From the NCBI GenBank assembly GCA_964291625.2, contig OZ220089.1:3584001-3648000 (forward strand): 64,000 nucleotides of DNA. Reading direction: 5' to 3'. This stretch comes from Candidatus Latescibacterota bacterium. Its GTDB lineage: Bacteria; Latescibacterota; UBA2968; UBA8231. This document shows positions 30,661 to 40,922 of the stretch, in pieces. Numbering within the stretch: the stretch's first letter is position 1; each line of letters opens with the position of its first letter. The translations under genes were made by a program, and so were the position numbers. The notes below the pieces were generated by a model that saw only the letters and a program-made list of their open reading frames with translations, had not been told where the DNA came from and ran no database searches.

Positions 30661-31530
30661 ATGGACACTTCCTTCACCAATCCAAAGGAGAGCCTGGCCG
30701 GGGCGCGGCGGGACGAGCGCGACTACGCCAGCCTGACGCGGGCCGAGCAGATCCGCTGCATCGAGCTGGAGGGCTACGTGGTGCTGCCCGACCTGCTGCC
30801 GCCGGAGACGGTGGAGACTCTGCGCCAGGAGTTCTCCCGCCTGCCGACCCGCGGCGTCGACTACAGCCCCCACCAGCGCGGCGCCCGCGACGTGCAGTGG
30901 ACGGACTCGCCGGTGGCGATCGAGACGATCGCCCATCCGCCGACGGTGGAGTTCCTGCGCGATCTCTTCGGCGACGACATGATCTGCACCTCCTGCGGCT
31001 TCGGAGTGTCGGAGCCCGGACACCCGGGCATCGCCGTGCACACCGACGCCCAGCCCTACGGCTCCAAGATCTTCGGCGTCCAGTCGAGCGCGCCGGTGCT
31101 GGCGCGGGTCCTCTACTACCTCGACGACCAGACCCCGGAGCGCTCGCCCTTCAAGGCGATCCCGCGCTCCCACCTGTCGATGCACCGCAACGCCAACCCC
31201 TACCTGCGCTACCTGAGCCACCCCGAGGAGGTGATGGTCTGCTGCAAGGCGGGCTCGGCGGTGGTCATCAACCAGAAGCTCTTCCACGGCAACTACCCCA
31301 ACCACTCCGACTCGGTGCGGCGCATGTTCGCCATCGCCTACCGGCCCGACTGGGCCGGCCCCATCGGCGAGGTGGAGGACTACGACCCGGCCCAGGTGGC
31401 CACCCTGCCGGAGCACATCCAGCCCTTCTTCCGCAGCCTGAACACGCGGGAGATCGAGTTCGACCTGCCCAACCGCCCCGACGGCATGGCACGCGACGCG
31501 GCGGGGGTCGGACCCAGCCGCTGGGGGTGA
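30661..31530 (+). CDS. Phytanoyl-CoA dioxygenase (PhyH) family protein
   Basis: EGYVVLPDLL, HTD, YLDD, IPRSH, AGSAV...FHGN.PN...RR. Confidence 0.85.
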   Translation: MDTSFTNPKESLAGARRDERDYASLTRAEQIRCIELEGYVVLPDLLPPETVETLRQEFSRLPTRGVDYSPHQRGARDVQWTDSPVAIETIAHPPTVEFLRDLFGDDMICTSCGFGVSEPGHPGIAVHTDAQPYGSKIFGVQSSAPVLARVLYYLDDQTPERSPFKAIPRSHLSMHRNANPYLRYLSHPEEVMVCCKAGSAVVINQKLFHGNYPNHSDSVRRMFAIAYRPDWAGPIGEVEDYDPAQVATLPEHIQPFFRSLNTREIEFDLPNRPDGMARDAAGVGPSRWG

Positions 31531-31544
31531 CCGACTGTCGAATG

Positions 31545-31893
31545 GTTGGGTTCTCGGTGTCGTCGCCCGGCTAGCGGCGGAGGTTCACACCACGGTGCGC
31601 ACCTGCCCCGGGCTCACCGAGTGTCCCGGACCCCCCGGCCGCTGAGTTCCAGCCCGCCCTCCTTCTCCTCCAGGTAGGAGTGAGCCACCTGCCCAGTCCG
31701 GTGACGCACCGGCACTCCCAGGAAGTCTTCATCAGCACCGGGCCGGCGGAAGTCCCCGCGACCTGACGTGCGCCGACAGGTCCGGCGCCCGCAGCGGCCC
31801 GGGCCCGCGACACGCTGGCTGCCCTCGCTCAGTCGGGACAGTCGCTCCCGAAGCGCGGCGACTGCCTTCAGGGGGTTCCTCGGCAGGTCTCAT
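31545..31893 (-). pseudogene. Internally deleted copy of the hybrid kinase-regulator at 35382-37799
   Basis: 5' end MRPAEE...AALRERLSRLSE (31810-31893), a GAF fragment, and 31545-31635 matching the wHTH-coding 35475-35570. Confidence 0.8.
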
Positions 31894-31962
31894 CCGTCAC
31901 CTCGGTCTGTAGCTGATCCGGGTCTCAGGACCGATTCCGCCCCGATTTTCCAGCAAGCCGCC

Positions 31963-32031
31963 CAAGACACACAAGAAAACACCCCCTTCGGCCAGGAGGC
32001 ACACAAGAACCACATATCCGTTAGGTAGAAT
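31963..32031 (+). promoter_or_regulatory. Divergent promoter copy 1: two CACACAAGAA boxes plus TAGAAT -10
   Basis: Boxes at 31968 and 32000; TAGAAT at 32026; same geometry in two other copies. Confidence 0.7.
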
Positions 32032-32188
32032 AGAGAGCCAAGCCCGGGAGGTATTTGCCTGGCCTTCGGCAGGCTGGCATCTGAGCTCGGCACAGCATGC
32101 GCACGAGGCGCAACGATGTTGCCGGCGACAAGTCCCCCTGGCAAGCGGCCTACTTCTCGACCGCACCAGGAACACTCCTCAGAAAGCC

Positions 32189-35100
32189 ATGGCTGAAAGA
32201 GAAAGCAAGGGTGTCCCGCTTGGCCTGTGCATGGCGGTACTCTGCCTCCTGCTCTGGCCGCCGGGGAGTGTCCGGGGCACCCCTTCGTCTGTCGACGGCG
32301 TGCCTTTCTACCTGAATCCCGGCCCATGGGAGCGGGACCCAGCCGGGCTCCCGGCGGCCAAGCCGCTGGCCGGTCTGAACGCGGGCGAACCGCGCACCGT
32401 GCGGATGATCTACTTCCTGCCCAACGACCGCCAAGCCCGGCCGGACATAGACGCGACCTTCGATACCCTGATCAGGCAAGTTCAACAATCCTATGCCGAG
32501 CAGATGGAAAACCACGGGTTCGGCAGAAGAACCTTCAGGTTCGAAACCGACGGCGATGGAAGGGCCTTGGTGCATCATGTGAAGGGCGAGTTCGACGATG
32601 GGCACTACCGTACGAACATGTGGGACACAGTATGGGAAGAAGTGACCGAACTTTTCGATCTGACAGAGAACATCTACCTCGTATCTCTGGATGTAAGTGA
32701 CGCCCCCTATTGCGGACTAGGGGCGTCTTGGGGACCCGAAGGTGGCATCGTAGTGATTCCCTACGACATTTTTGAGAACGAGCATCCCTGGGCTTGTGGC
32801 AATGTCGCTGTCATTGCCCATGAGCTCGGTCACACTTTTGGTGTGGCCCACGATTACTTCAGAGATGCTGTTCGCAGCCCGTCTTCCTACCATACGGACT
32901 GGATGGTCAATTCCTTTGCCGCCGCGGAATGGTTGGCCGCCCACCGCTATTTCAATGTCGGCCGGAGCTATCCCCACCGGGACAGACCAACCACGATCAG
33001 GATGCTTACCCCAAGTGCCGCTCCCCCGAGGTCAATTCGCCTTCGCTTCGAGGTAACCGACTCTGACGGGCTCCACCAGACGCAATTGTTCAACAGCACG
33101 GGTGAGGCATGTGATTTTGAAGGGGTCAGCGGGGAGAGGGCTACGGTTGAGTTTGTCACTACTGAGGTTACAGAAGCCCCTGGAAATGAGGTCGAGTTGC
33201 GTGTTGTCGACGTGCATGGGAATGTCGTCAGTGACAGGTTTTCGATTGATATTCTACCCCTGCTTGACCCTGAGGACGTGTCGATTCCCGACGCGAATCT
33301 GGCGGCGGTGGTACTGGAAACGCTCGACTTGCCACTGGGGAATTCCGTAACTCAACTTGATATGTTGAGAGTGAGGAGACTCCAAGGATCCTCTCGGCAG
33401 ATAACTGACCTTGCCGGACTCGAACATGCGGTTAATATGATAGACTTGGACCTCGGCGGGAATGAGATCCACGACATCACACCCCTGGCTGGTTTGATCA
33501 TCCTGGAAGTGTTGGGCCTTTGGTACAACCGGATATCCGATGTTCAATCGCTGATGCAGATGAACAGTCTGCAACGGCTGTGGTTGAGTGGAAACTCGGT
33601 GTCGGATCTCTCCCCCATTGCGGGGTTGACAAACCTGAAAGTGATCCGCCTCGAAGGGAATCCGATTGCGGAGAAGTGGCCGCTTTACAGACTGTTGCAA
33701 CGGAACCGGTTCCTGGAAATTGATATTGACACGCGCACGCTGGGGATGGTCTCGGGAGACGGGCAGGAGGGTGCGGCTGGAGCGGCGCTGGCCGAGCCCC
33801 TCTCCATCCTTGTGCTGGACCGATACGGGGACCCCCTGGCCAGGACAGAGGTCACCTTCGCGGTGACAGGCGGCGGCGGGACCCTCTCGGTAACCACGGC
33901 CACCACCGACGATGACGGCCGTGCATCCACTACCTTGGCCCTGGGGAGCCGACCGGGTACCAACACCGTCGAGGCCCGGGTGTCAGGTTTGGAGCCGGTG
34001 ACCTTCAGCGCCGTCGGCCTGGCGGTTCTCACCGCTGTTGTCGGAATATCCGGCGACGAGCAGCAGGGAGCAGCAGGAGCGCAGCTGCCCGAGCCGTTCG
34101 TTGTCGAAGCGAGAGATCAGAACAACAACCCACTCACGGGGGTCGAGGCCACCTTTGCGGTCAGCGCCGGCGGGGGGACCCTGTCCGTGGAGACCGCCAC
34201 CACCGACGCCCATGGCCGCGCCACCACCACCCTGACCCTGGGCAGCGGTCCGGGGATAAACACCGTCACTGCAAGGGTAGGCGAGCTGCAACCAGTAACC
34301 TTCAGCGCCACCGGACTGGCGATTCCCACGACCCTTTCCGGGATATCCGGCGACGAGCTGCAGGGAGCGGCAGGAGCCCCGCTGGACGAACCTTTCTTTG
34401 TTGAAGTCAGAGATCAGAACGGCAACCTACTCGCGGGGATCGAGGTCGCCTTCGAGATCACCTCGGGAGATGGGATGCTCTCCGCAGCCACGGTCATCAC
34501 CGATGATGACGGCCGTGCGTCCACTACCTTGACCTTGGGAAGCCGACCGGGCACCAACACCGTCGAGGCCAGCGTGTCAGGTTTGGAGCCGGTGACCTTT
34601 ACCGCCACGGGACAGGCGGTTCCTCAGACCCTGGCCATCGTCTCCGGCGACGAGCAGCAGGGAACGGTCGGGGCGGCGCTGGCCGAGGGGCTTGTCGTTT
34701 CGGTACGAGACCAGAACGGAGACCCGTTTGCCGGGGCCACCGTCACCTTCGAAGTCACCTCTGGCGACGGGATGCTATCCGCAGCTACCGCCGCCACCGA
34801 TGAAGACGGCCGGGCTTCTACCACCCTGACCCTGGGGCGCGACCCGGAGACCGTCACCGTGGCGGCGGCCGTTGCCGGACTGGAGCCGGTCACCTTCACC
34901 GCCACCGCCAAGGCCTCCCCGGACTTCGACGGCGACGGCGAGATCGGCTTCTCCGACTTCTTCCTGTTCGCGGAGGCCTTCGGGGGCGACGACCCCAGCT
35001 TCGACCTGGACGGCAGCGGCGCGGTGGACTTCGCCGACTTCTTCCTCTTCGCCGAGCGCTTCGGCCGGCCGGAGCGGTCCAAGCTGCTGGCCCTGGCCCG

Positions 35101-35398
35101 GGAGCGGCTCGGGCTGCCCGAAGGCCCCCAGTTGCAGCAGAACGCCCCCAATCCCTTCAACAGCGGCACCGTGATCTCCTGGTTCCTGCTGCAACCGGGG
35201 TTGGCGCGCCTGGAGGTGTTCGCCCTGACCGGGCAGCGGGTGGCGGTGCTGCACCAGGGGCCGAAGAAGCCGGGGATGCACCGCGTCCACTGGGACGGCC
35301 GCGACGAGCAGGGCCGGCCTCTGGCCAGCGGGATCTACTTGTACCGGCTGGTGACGGCCGGGTCCGTGCAGACGCGCAAGCTCACCCTGCTGAGGTAG
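32189..35398 (+). CDS. Secreted metzincin-like protease with LRRs, four Big_1-like Ig domains, dockerin-like EF-hands and FlgD/T9SS-like CTD
   Basis: Signal peptide; HELGHTFGVAH; internalin-like LRRs; SGDxQxG...V.V.DQNG repeats; DFDGDGEIGFSDF; NAPNPFN...GIYLYRL...TRKLTLLR. Confidence 0.85.
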   Translation: MAERESKGVPLGLCMAVLCLLLWPPGSVRGTPSSVDGVPFYLNPGPWERDPAGLPAAKPLAGLNAGEPRTVRMIYFLPNDRQARPDIDATFDTLIRQVQQSYAEQMENHGFGRRTFRFETDGDGRALVHHVKGEFDDGHYRTNMWDTVWEEVTELFDLTENIYLVSLDVSDAPYCGLGASWGPEGGIVVIPYDIFENEHPWACGNVAVIAHELGHTFGVAHDYFRDAVRSPSSYHTDWMVNSFAAAEWLAAHRYFNVGRSYPHRDRPTTIRMLTPSAAPPRSIRLRFEVTDSDGLHQTQLFNSTGEACDFEGVSGERATVEFVTTEVTEAPGNEVELRVVDVHGNVVSDRFSIDILPLLDPEDVSIPDANLAAVVLETLDLPLGNSVTQLDMLRVRRLQGSSRQITDLAGLEHAVNMIDLDLGGNEIHDITPLAGLIILEVLGLWYNRISDVQSLMQMNSLQRLWLSGNSVSDLSPIAGLTNLKVIRLEGNPIAEKWPLYRLLQRNRFLEIDIDTRTLGMVSGDGQEGAAGAALAEPLSILVLDRYGDPLARTEVTFAVTGGGGTLSVTTATTDDDGRASTTLALGSRPGTNTVEARVSGLEPVTFSAVGLAVLTAVVGISGDEQQGAAGAQLPEPFVVEARDQNNNPLTGVEATFAVSAGGGTLSVETATTDAHGRATTTLTLGSGPGINTVTARVGELQPVTFSATGLAIPTTLSGISGDELQGAAGAPLDEPFFVEVRDQNGNLLAGIEVAFEITSGDGMLSAATVITDDDGRASTTLTLGSRPGTNTVEASVSGLEPVTFTATGQAVPQTLAIVSGDEQQGTVGAALAEGLVVSVRDQNGDPFAGATVTFEVTSGDGMLSAATAATDEDGRASTTLTLGRDPETVTVAAAVAGLEPVTFTATAKASPDFDGDGEIGFSDFFLFAEAFGGDDPSFDLDGSGAVDFADFFLFAERFGRPERSKLLALARERLGLPEGPQLQQNAPNPFNSGTVISWFLLQPGLARLEVFALTGQRVAVLHQGPKKPGMHRVHWDGRDEQGRPLASGIYLYRLVTAGSVQTRKLTLLR

Positions 35399-37799
35399 GG
35401 AGGGTGCCGGCCGAGCTCTCCGCCGTCTGCGCTGTCGCCATGCGGTAGCCGACCCTCTGCTCGGTGAAGATCCAGGTCGGGTTCCCGGTGTCGTCGCCCA
35501 GCTTGCGGCGGAGGTTCTTCACCACGGTGCGCACCTGCCCTGGGCCCACCGAGTGTCCCGGACCCCACACCCGCTGCAGCAGATAGTCGTGGGTCAACAC
35601 CCGACCGGCCTTGACCGAGAGCTCCAGGAGCAGCCGGTACTCCAGGTCCGTCAACCGGACGGGGCGGTTCGCCACCGTCACCCGGTTGTGGGTGTAGTCG
35701 ATGCTCAGCTCGCCCAGCCGGTAGGGATCGGACGGCTCCGCCCGAACCGGCGCGGCCTGTCGGCGCAGGACCGTCTGGATCCTGGCTACCAGCTCCGTCG
35801 GCGAGAAGGGCTTGACGATGTAGTCGTCGGCCCCGGCTGAAAGCGCCCTGGCAACGGTCTGGTCCCGGCCGTAGCCGGACAGGAAGATCACCGGCACGTC
35901 GGCAAGCTGCGGCACGCTCTCCAACAGCTCGATCCCGTCGCTCCCGGGCAGCACCAGGTCCAGCAGCACCAGGTGCGGCTTCTCCTCCTCGATGAGGCGC
36001 CCCACCGCCTCCGGGTCGGCGGTAACGATCGGCGCGTAGCCCGCCGCCGTGAGCGCGTCCCGAACGGACCTGAGCGCCTGCGGGTCGTCGTCCACCGCGA
36101 GAACGCGCGTGGGCTCGTCCCCCGTCCGTGGAGAGCTGACGGAGGTTGGCGCGGGGCCGTGGGGTACGGCGTACACCCCCTCCTCGACGGCGGGAAGGGT
36201 GAAGATGAACCGCGCGCCCATGCCGGGCCCTTCGCTCTCGGCCCAAATCCGGCCCCCGTGGGCCTCCACGATCCCCTTGCATATCGCCAGGCCCAGGCCC
36301 GACCCCGCTATCCCGCTCCGGCCGTCGCCGTCGATCCGCGAGTGTTTCCTGAACAGATGGGGGAGAAGCTCGCCAGACACCCCGATGCCGTCGTCGACGA
36401 CGGAGAAGGCCACGTCCACTCCCTCTCGCCCGGCAGCCAGCCGGATGGTCGAGGTCTCAGGCGAGTGCCGGGCCGCGTTCGACAGCAGGTTGCCCAGCAC
36501 CTGCCCGACGCGCCGACTGTCGGCCAGGACCGGGGGCAGGCCGGGCTCCAGGTCGAGGTGCAGGTTGTGGCGGCCCCCTGCGGTCAGGAAGGCATTCCTC
36601 GCCCGGTCCACCACCTCTGCCGCCTCCGCGGGCTCCGGCGCCACCGACAGTGTACCCGACTCGATGCGCGCCACGTCCAGCAGGTCCTTGATCAGGCCCT
36701 GCATATGGTCGGCCTGCTGCTCGATGATGCGGTGGAACTGAAGCCTCTCGGCCGGGTCCAGCGACTCCCCCGACCCGATCAGCGTGGCGGCCGAGCCCTT
36801 GATGGAGGTCAGCGGCGCCCGGAGCTCGTGGCTGACCATGCCCAGGAACTCGGCCCGCAGCCGCTCGAGCTCCTCCACCGGCGTCATGTCCTGCAGGGTG
36901 ACGATCATCGACTCGACCTCGCCCTCCAGTGAACGCATGGGCGTGGCGTTGATCAGGAGGGTGACGGAGCGGCCGTCCGGGACCTGCAGGACCACCTCCT
37001 CGGCCCGCACCGTCTCGGCGGGGCTCAGGGCCTGGACCAGGGACACTTCCTCCAGGGAGATCTCCCGGCCGTCCGCGCGCCGCACGGTCAGTTCCTCCAG
37101 CATCCGCTCGGGGGGGTTGTCCCCGGTCCGAAGGCCCTCGGCGATCCTTCTCGCCTCCCGGTTGAACGACAGCGGCGCTCCCGACTTGGCGTCGAAGACC
37201 ACGACTCCCACCGGCGAGGTGTCGATCAGCGTCTCCAGGTCGGCCCTGGCCCTCCGCTCGTCTCGGTGCCGCCGGGCATTGGCAATGACCAAGGCCGCCT
37301 GGGATGCGAACATCACCAGGGTCTCCTCGTCCTCCCGGCTGAACTCGGGGCCTCCCCCCTCCTTGGCCAGGTAGATGTGGCCCATGCTCTCCTGATGATG
37401 GCGTACGGGCGCGGACAGAAAGGCCCCCGGCTGTACTGGAAAACGCATCTCGGGCAGTCCCTGCCCCCGGATGTAGCCCAGCAGATCCCCCACCCGTATC
37501 GGACCGGCAGTATGGCCCAGGTACTCGTAGAGCCGCATCACCCCGGGCATGGCCGGCAACTGCACGGCCTCCCCGGCGCTGAAGCCGGAGGTGAGATGGT
37601 CCTCCACCTCTCCTTGGGCCCCCAACAGGGTGATCAACCCGTAGCGCGCTCTCGTCAGAGCGCGCGCCGAGTCCAGGACATCCTGGAGCACGGTGTTCAG
37701 GTCGAGGCTCTCGTTGATGCGCTGGCTGGCCTCGCTCAGCCGGGACAGGCGCTCCCTGAGGGCGGCGACGTCTTCGGGGAGTTCCTCGGCTGGTCTCAT
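35382..37799 (-). CDS. Cytoplasmic hybrid sensor-regulator GAF-PAS-HisKA-HATPase-REC-OmpR/PhoB wHTH (805 aa)
   Basis: SHELRAPLTSI H-box, NLLSNA, GSGLGL, VDDD...LLDL...KPF receiver, LTDLEYRLL...LRRKLG...GYR wHTH; ATG at 37799. Confidence 0.9.
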   Translation of the reverse strand: MRPAEELPEDVAALRERLSRLSEASQRINESLDLNTVLQDVLDSARALTRARYGLITLLGAQGEVEDHLTSGFSAGEAVQLPAMPGVMRLYEYLGHTAGPIRVGDLLGYIRGQGLPEMRFPVQPGAFLSAPVRHHQESMGHIYLAKEGGGPEFSREDEETLVMFASQAALVIANARRHRDERRARADLETLIDTSPVGVVVFDAKSGAPLSFNREARRIAEGLRTGDNPPERMLEELTVRRADGREISLEEVSLVQALSPAETVRAEEVVLQVPDGRSVTLLINATPMRSLEGEVESMIVTLQDMTPVEELERLRAEFLGMVSHELRAPLTSIKGSAATLIGSGESLDPAERLQFHRIIEQQADHMQGLIKDLLDVARIESGTLSVAPEPAEAAEVVDRARNAFLTAGGRHNLHLDLEPGLPPVLADSRRVGQVLGNLLSNAARHSPETSTIRLAAGREGVDVAFSVVDDGIGVSGELLPHLFRKHSRIDGDGRSGIAGSGLGLAICKGIVEAHGGRIWAESEGPGMGARFIFTLPAVEEGVYAVPHGPAPTSVSSPRTGDEPTRVLAVDDDPQALRSVRDALTAAGYAPIVTADPEAVGRLIEEEKPHLVLLDLVLPGSDGIELLESVPQLADVPVIFLSGYGRDQTVARALSAGADDYIVKPFSPTELVARIQTVLRRQAAPVRAEPSDPYRLGELSIDYTHNRVTVANRPVRLTDLEYRLLLELSVKAGRVLTHDYLLQRVWGPGHSVGPGQVRTVVKNLRRKLGDDTGNPTWIFTEQRVGYRMATAQTAESSAGTLPTSAG

Positions 37800-37865
37800 A
37801 TTGCTCGCCTCGGTCCTGGGTCTGATTCGGGGTGAAGGGGCCGAACACGTTTGAAAAATAGGCCG

Positions 37866-37933
37866 AGACACACAAGAAAACACCCCCTGTCCCCCGGAGG
37901 GCACACAAGAATCACACACCCATGGGGTAGAAT
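37866..37933 (+). promoter_or_regulatory. Divergent promoter copy 2: two CACACAAGAA boxes plus TAGAAT
   Basis: Boxes at 37869 and 37902; TAGAAT at 37928. Confidence 0.7.
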
Positions 37934-38082
37934 GGAGGGCCGAGGAGCCCTGGAGGTTTGACCTGGCCTTCGGCAGGCTCGCATCTGCGTTCGGACAGCA
38001 GGCGCCCGAGGCGCACGTTGCTGCGGGCGCCAAGGGGGCTGCACCCCATGCGAAACGACAAAAAAAGAAAAGCGACATGAAA

Positions 38083-38625
38083 GCGGCCCCCAGGCGCGGA
38101 CGGCCCACCGAGCGACCGATGGACCCAGACCGCGACCCCGCTTCCCGCAGGGGCACGTGGACGCCGTCCCAACTGACCACCAAGGTGTCGGCCTCGGCCT
38201 TCAGCGGCGCCGCGTCCAGCAAGGCCAGCTCCAGTTGCTCGGCGTGGTCTTCGGCATACTGTCCGATGGTGGTCAACAGATGCTGAATGGCGGTGCGCGA
38301 CGGGGGCTCCGGCAGCAGCTCGGTCAAGGTGGTCTCGACTTCGGCCGGGACCAGATGGGCGCCCAGAAGGACCGTGACCCGCTCCAGGGGCGGTACCATG
38401 AGTCGTTGGCCCATGCCGCAGCGTTCATCCAAGGGCACCCAGCTGGGGCCGCCCCGGTCCGGCTGATAGAGCCGACGTGGCACTTGGACCTACAAGTTCG
38501 AGGCGAGAGTCAGGGACGAGGAAGGAAAGAGCAAGATCGGGGAGCAACTGACCTCCCACACGACCTGCGCGATGAGTAAGCGGCGGCGAGGTGGACGACG
38601 TCGTCACAATCATGTTCCCGCACCC
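38083..38625 (-). mobile_element. ISKra4-family remnant (left end and N-terminal transposase fragment)
   Basis: VPLDERCG...VVSWDGVHVPLRE fragment; end GGGTGCGGGAACATGATTGTGA resembles the IR of the complete IS. Confidence 0.6.
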
Positions 38626-38796
38626 GGAGGCACCGCGAGCACTGGAGCCTCGACAACCAGCCCTACCTATAGGGCGCCGGCGGGTTCAACTCGGCCAGTT
38701 GCCGGTGCTCTACCGGGCTCAGACCGCGGCTGACGAATTCCCTAAGCAAATGCCTCGCGCCATCCATCCAGATCATCTCTCAAAGAGGAGATCGCA

Positions 38797-39621
38797 ATGA
38801 TCGGTCGAATCGCAATATCCTTCCTGTTCGCCGTGCCGCTGGCGGCGCAGACCAAGAACGTCCAGGACTACCTGCCCCTGGCTGTGGGCAACTCCTGGAC
38901 CTACGAGCATGAATACTGGAACGACAGACCGGGGCAGGAAGCCCCGCTTCAGATCACCGAGTTCACGATCTCCATCCTGCGTACGGAGGTCATCGATGGG
39001 GACACGTACTATGTGTTCTCAAGCCCGAGCGTCACCCTGCCGGGCGATTCTCCGAAGCACTTCATCGCCGGCAAGAAGCTGCGGTGGGATGGCAACAACC
39101 TGGAAGAACACGACGGCACCTCGTCGTCCTCTGTGTATCGGTTCGAGGTGCCAACGAGTAGCACTGATGCAACCGTCAGTGAGTATTCCATCTCCGCTCA
39201 TGGAGATACTCTGGCAAGGGCGATGGCCTATCTGAGACACCACAGCAGATTGATGTACCAGAGCTTCAGCTTCCTTGGCAACATGCCTGCTGACAACTGG
39301 CCTCCAACCAGAGGCGTCCTCTTCACGGAGCAGTATGGACTCCAATGGGCGATTGAAATCTGGATGGCCGGCGATGTGGGATCCAAAGCGATCACGATAT
39401 CCCCTGTACGAGCTGTGCTTCAGACCGCCTCCTCCTCATCCTCCACGTCTCGCGACAGGGATATCCCTGCCGAGACCTCCTCTGTCACTATCGAATGGGA
39501 TGACTACAACTGCTATTCCAGCGGCAATCACATCAAGTACGGCTCCACCTGCAACTATCCCCCCACCTCGTCCTCCTCGGCCTCTTGGGGCCTCATTAAG
39601 GCTGGGAGATCCAGTCGATAA
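38797..39621 (+). CDS. Secreted 'LPLAVGNSWTY' family protein 1 with C-terminal SWGxxK motif
   Basis: Signal peptide; paralog of 39657, 42127, 46313; ends SASWGLIKAGRSSR. Confidence 0.8.
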   Translation: MIGRIAISFLFAVPLAAQTKNVQDYLPLAVGNSWTYEHEYWNDRPGQEAPLQITEFTISILRTEVIDGDTYYVFSSPSVTLPGDSPKHFIAGKKLRWDGNNLEEHDGTSSSSVYRFEVPTSSTDATVSEYSISAHGDTLARAMAYLRHHSRLMYQSFSFLGNMPADNWPPTRGVLFTEQYGLQWAIEIWMAGDVGSKAITISPVRAVLQTASSSSSTSRDRDIPAETSSVTIEWDDYNCYSSGNHIKYGSTCNYPPTSSSSASWGLIKAGRSSR

Positions 39622-39656
39622 AACCTCTTGTCACAGACTCCAAAAGGGAGATTGCC

Positions 39657-40454
39657 ATGATCGCGCGCACTGCAGTCCTCCTACTCACCGCGCTGGCTCC
39701 ACTGGCAGCGCAGACGAGGAGTGTGCAGGACTACCTGCCCTTGGCTGTCGGTAACTCGTGGACCTATGCCCATCTATTCCTCGACGCCAGAGGCCGCAAT
39801 GAGATCGCTTTTCAGGGCGAGATCACCATCTCGATTCTGCGTACTGAAGTAATCGATGGAGACACGTACTACGTCTTCTCGGACGTGTCTACGGATGCTC
39901 CAGAGGGTGTCCCCAAGCACTTTCTGGCCGGCAAGAAGCTGCGGTGGGACGGCAACAATCTCACTGAGCATGATGGGGCCTCGTCACTCTCACTTTATCG
40001 CTTCGATGTCCCTACGGGAACTGATGGAGTAAGCCGGGAGTATTCCATACCAGAGACGCACGGACACACTTCGGTGAAGTCCTACGCCTTCATCGTATCG
40101 GATCGGTTGATGCTCCAGAGTTTTCAGTTCTCTGGAGAAGGTGCTCGTGGGGCTGTGATCGCCTTCTCCGAGGACTTCGGCCTACAGGAGGCCATCGAGG
40201 GCGAGGCCGCTGGAGACATGCTGGTCATGCAACACACTCTCACCCCAATCCGGGCGGTCTTCCAGACCGGCTCCCAGGACGCTTCCGCTCGTGATGCACA
40301 CACGTCTTCCTCCGCTGTCACAGTCGAGTGGGATGATTACCTCTGCTACTTTGGCAACGATGATGTCTTTCTTGGCGTTAGCTGCAACTACCCTCCCACA
40401 TCCACCTCCTCCAACTCCTGGGGATTGATAAAGGAAGGAAGTGATACCCGATGA
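39657..40454 (+). CDS. Secreted 'LPLAVGNSWTY' family protein 2
   Basis: Same conserved blocks (RTEVIDGDTYYVFS, GKKLRWDGNNL); ends SNSWGLIKEGSDTR. Confidence 0.8.
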   Translation: MIARTAVLLLTALAPLAAQTRSVQDYLPLAVGNSWTYAHLFLDARGRNEIAFQGEITISILRTEVIDGDTYYVFSDVSTDAPEGVPKHFLAGKKLRWDGNNLTEHDGASSLSLYRFDVPTGTDGVSREYSIPETHGHTSVKSYAFIVSDRLMLQSFQFSGEGARGAVIAFSEDFGLQEAIEGEAAGDMLVMQHTLTPIRAVFQTGSQDASARDAHTSSSAVTVEWDDYLCYFGNDDVFLGVSCNYPPTSTSSNSWGLIKEGSDTR

Positions 40455-40922
40455 GAGTCCTCGTCATCCTGATGGCTTCAATGTTGACCTCTCAGGTAGC
40501 ATATGCTCAATCGCGGGTGACAGACCTTACAACCCTCAGTGTTGTCCTGGTGACCTTTGCGGACGATGTGCCCCACGGGTACACCCGACGGCAACCCACA
40601 GCCGGTATGCCACACACGCTGGTTGCAGGAGATCACGCCTACACCATGGACGACTTCGAGATCAAATTCGGCGTGTCGGGGACGTTCGACAACGAAGAAG
40701 GCATCACCCTTGACAAGGACGAGGAGTTGCCAGCCGTCTACGGTAGTGTCAAGGATTACTTTGATGAGATGTCCGGGGGGAGAGCTTGACTTCGATGTCC
40801 GGATTGTCAATAAGGAAGATCCCAGCGATACGGATCACCCAGAGTGGATTGAGATGCCTGAAGACCGGGCATATTACACAGCCCAAGGCATCAATCAGTC
40901 GGAATTCTTGACCCATGCCTTA
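40451..40922 (+). pseudogene. Truncated M6-like protease head (frameshift in the G run at 40775-40780, cut at ~40922)
   Basis: VVLVTFADD.P.G, YTMDDFE, YGSVKDYFDEMSGG match the N-termini of 42942 and 47234; ATGA-coupled to upstream partner. Confidence 0.8.

Noticed and set aside
31500-31560. tRNA/att site at the island boundary
   Set aside because: No tRNA fold, integrase or flanking direct repeat detected at 15.6, 22.9 or 31.5 kb
35382-38483. Apparent transposase-kinase fusion (1033-aa ORF)
   Set aside because: The frame runs by chance through an IS remnant and the promoter; two paralogous copies fix the true start at 37799
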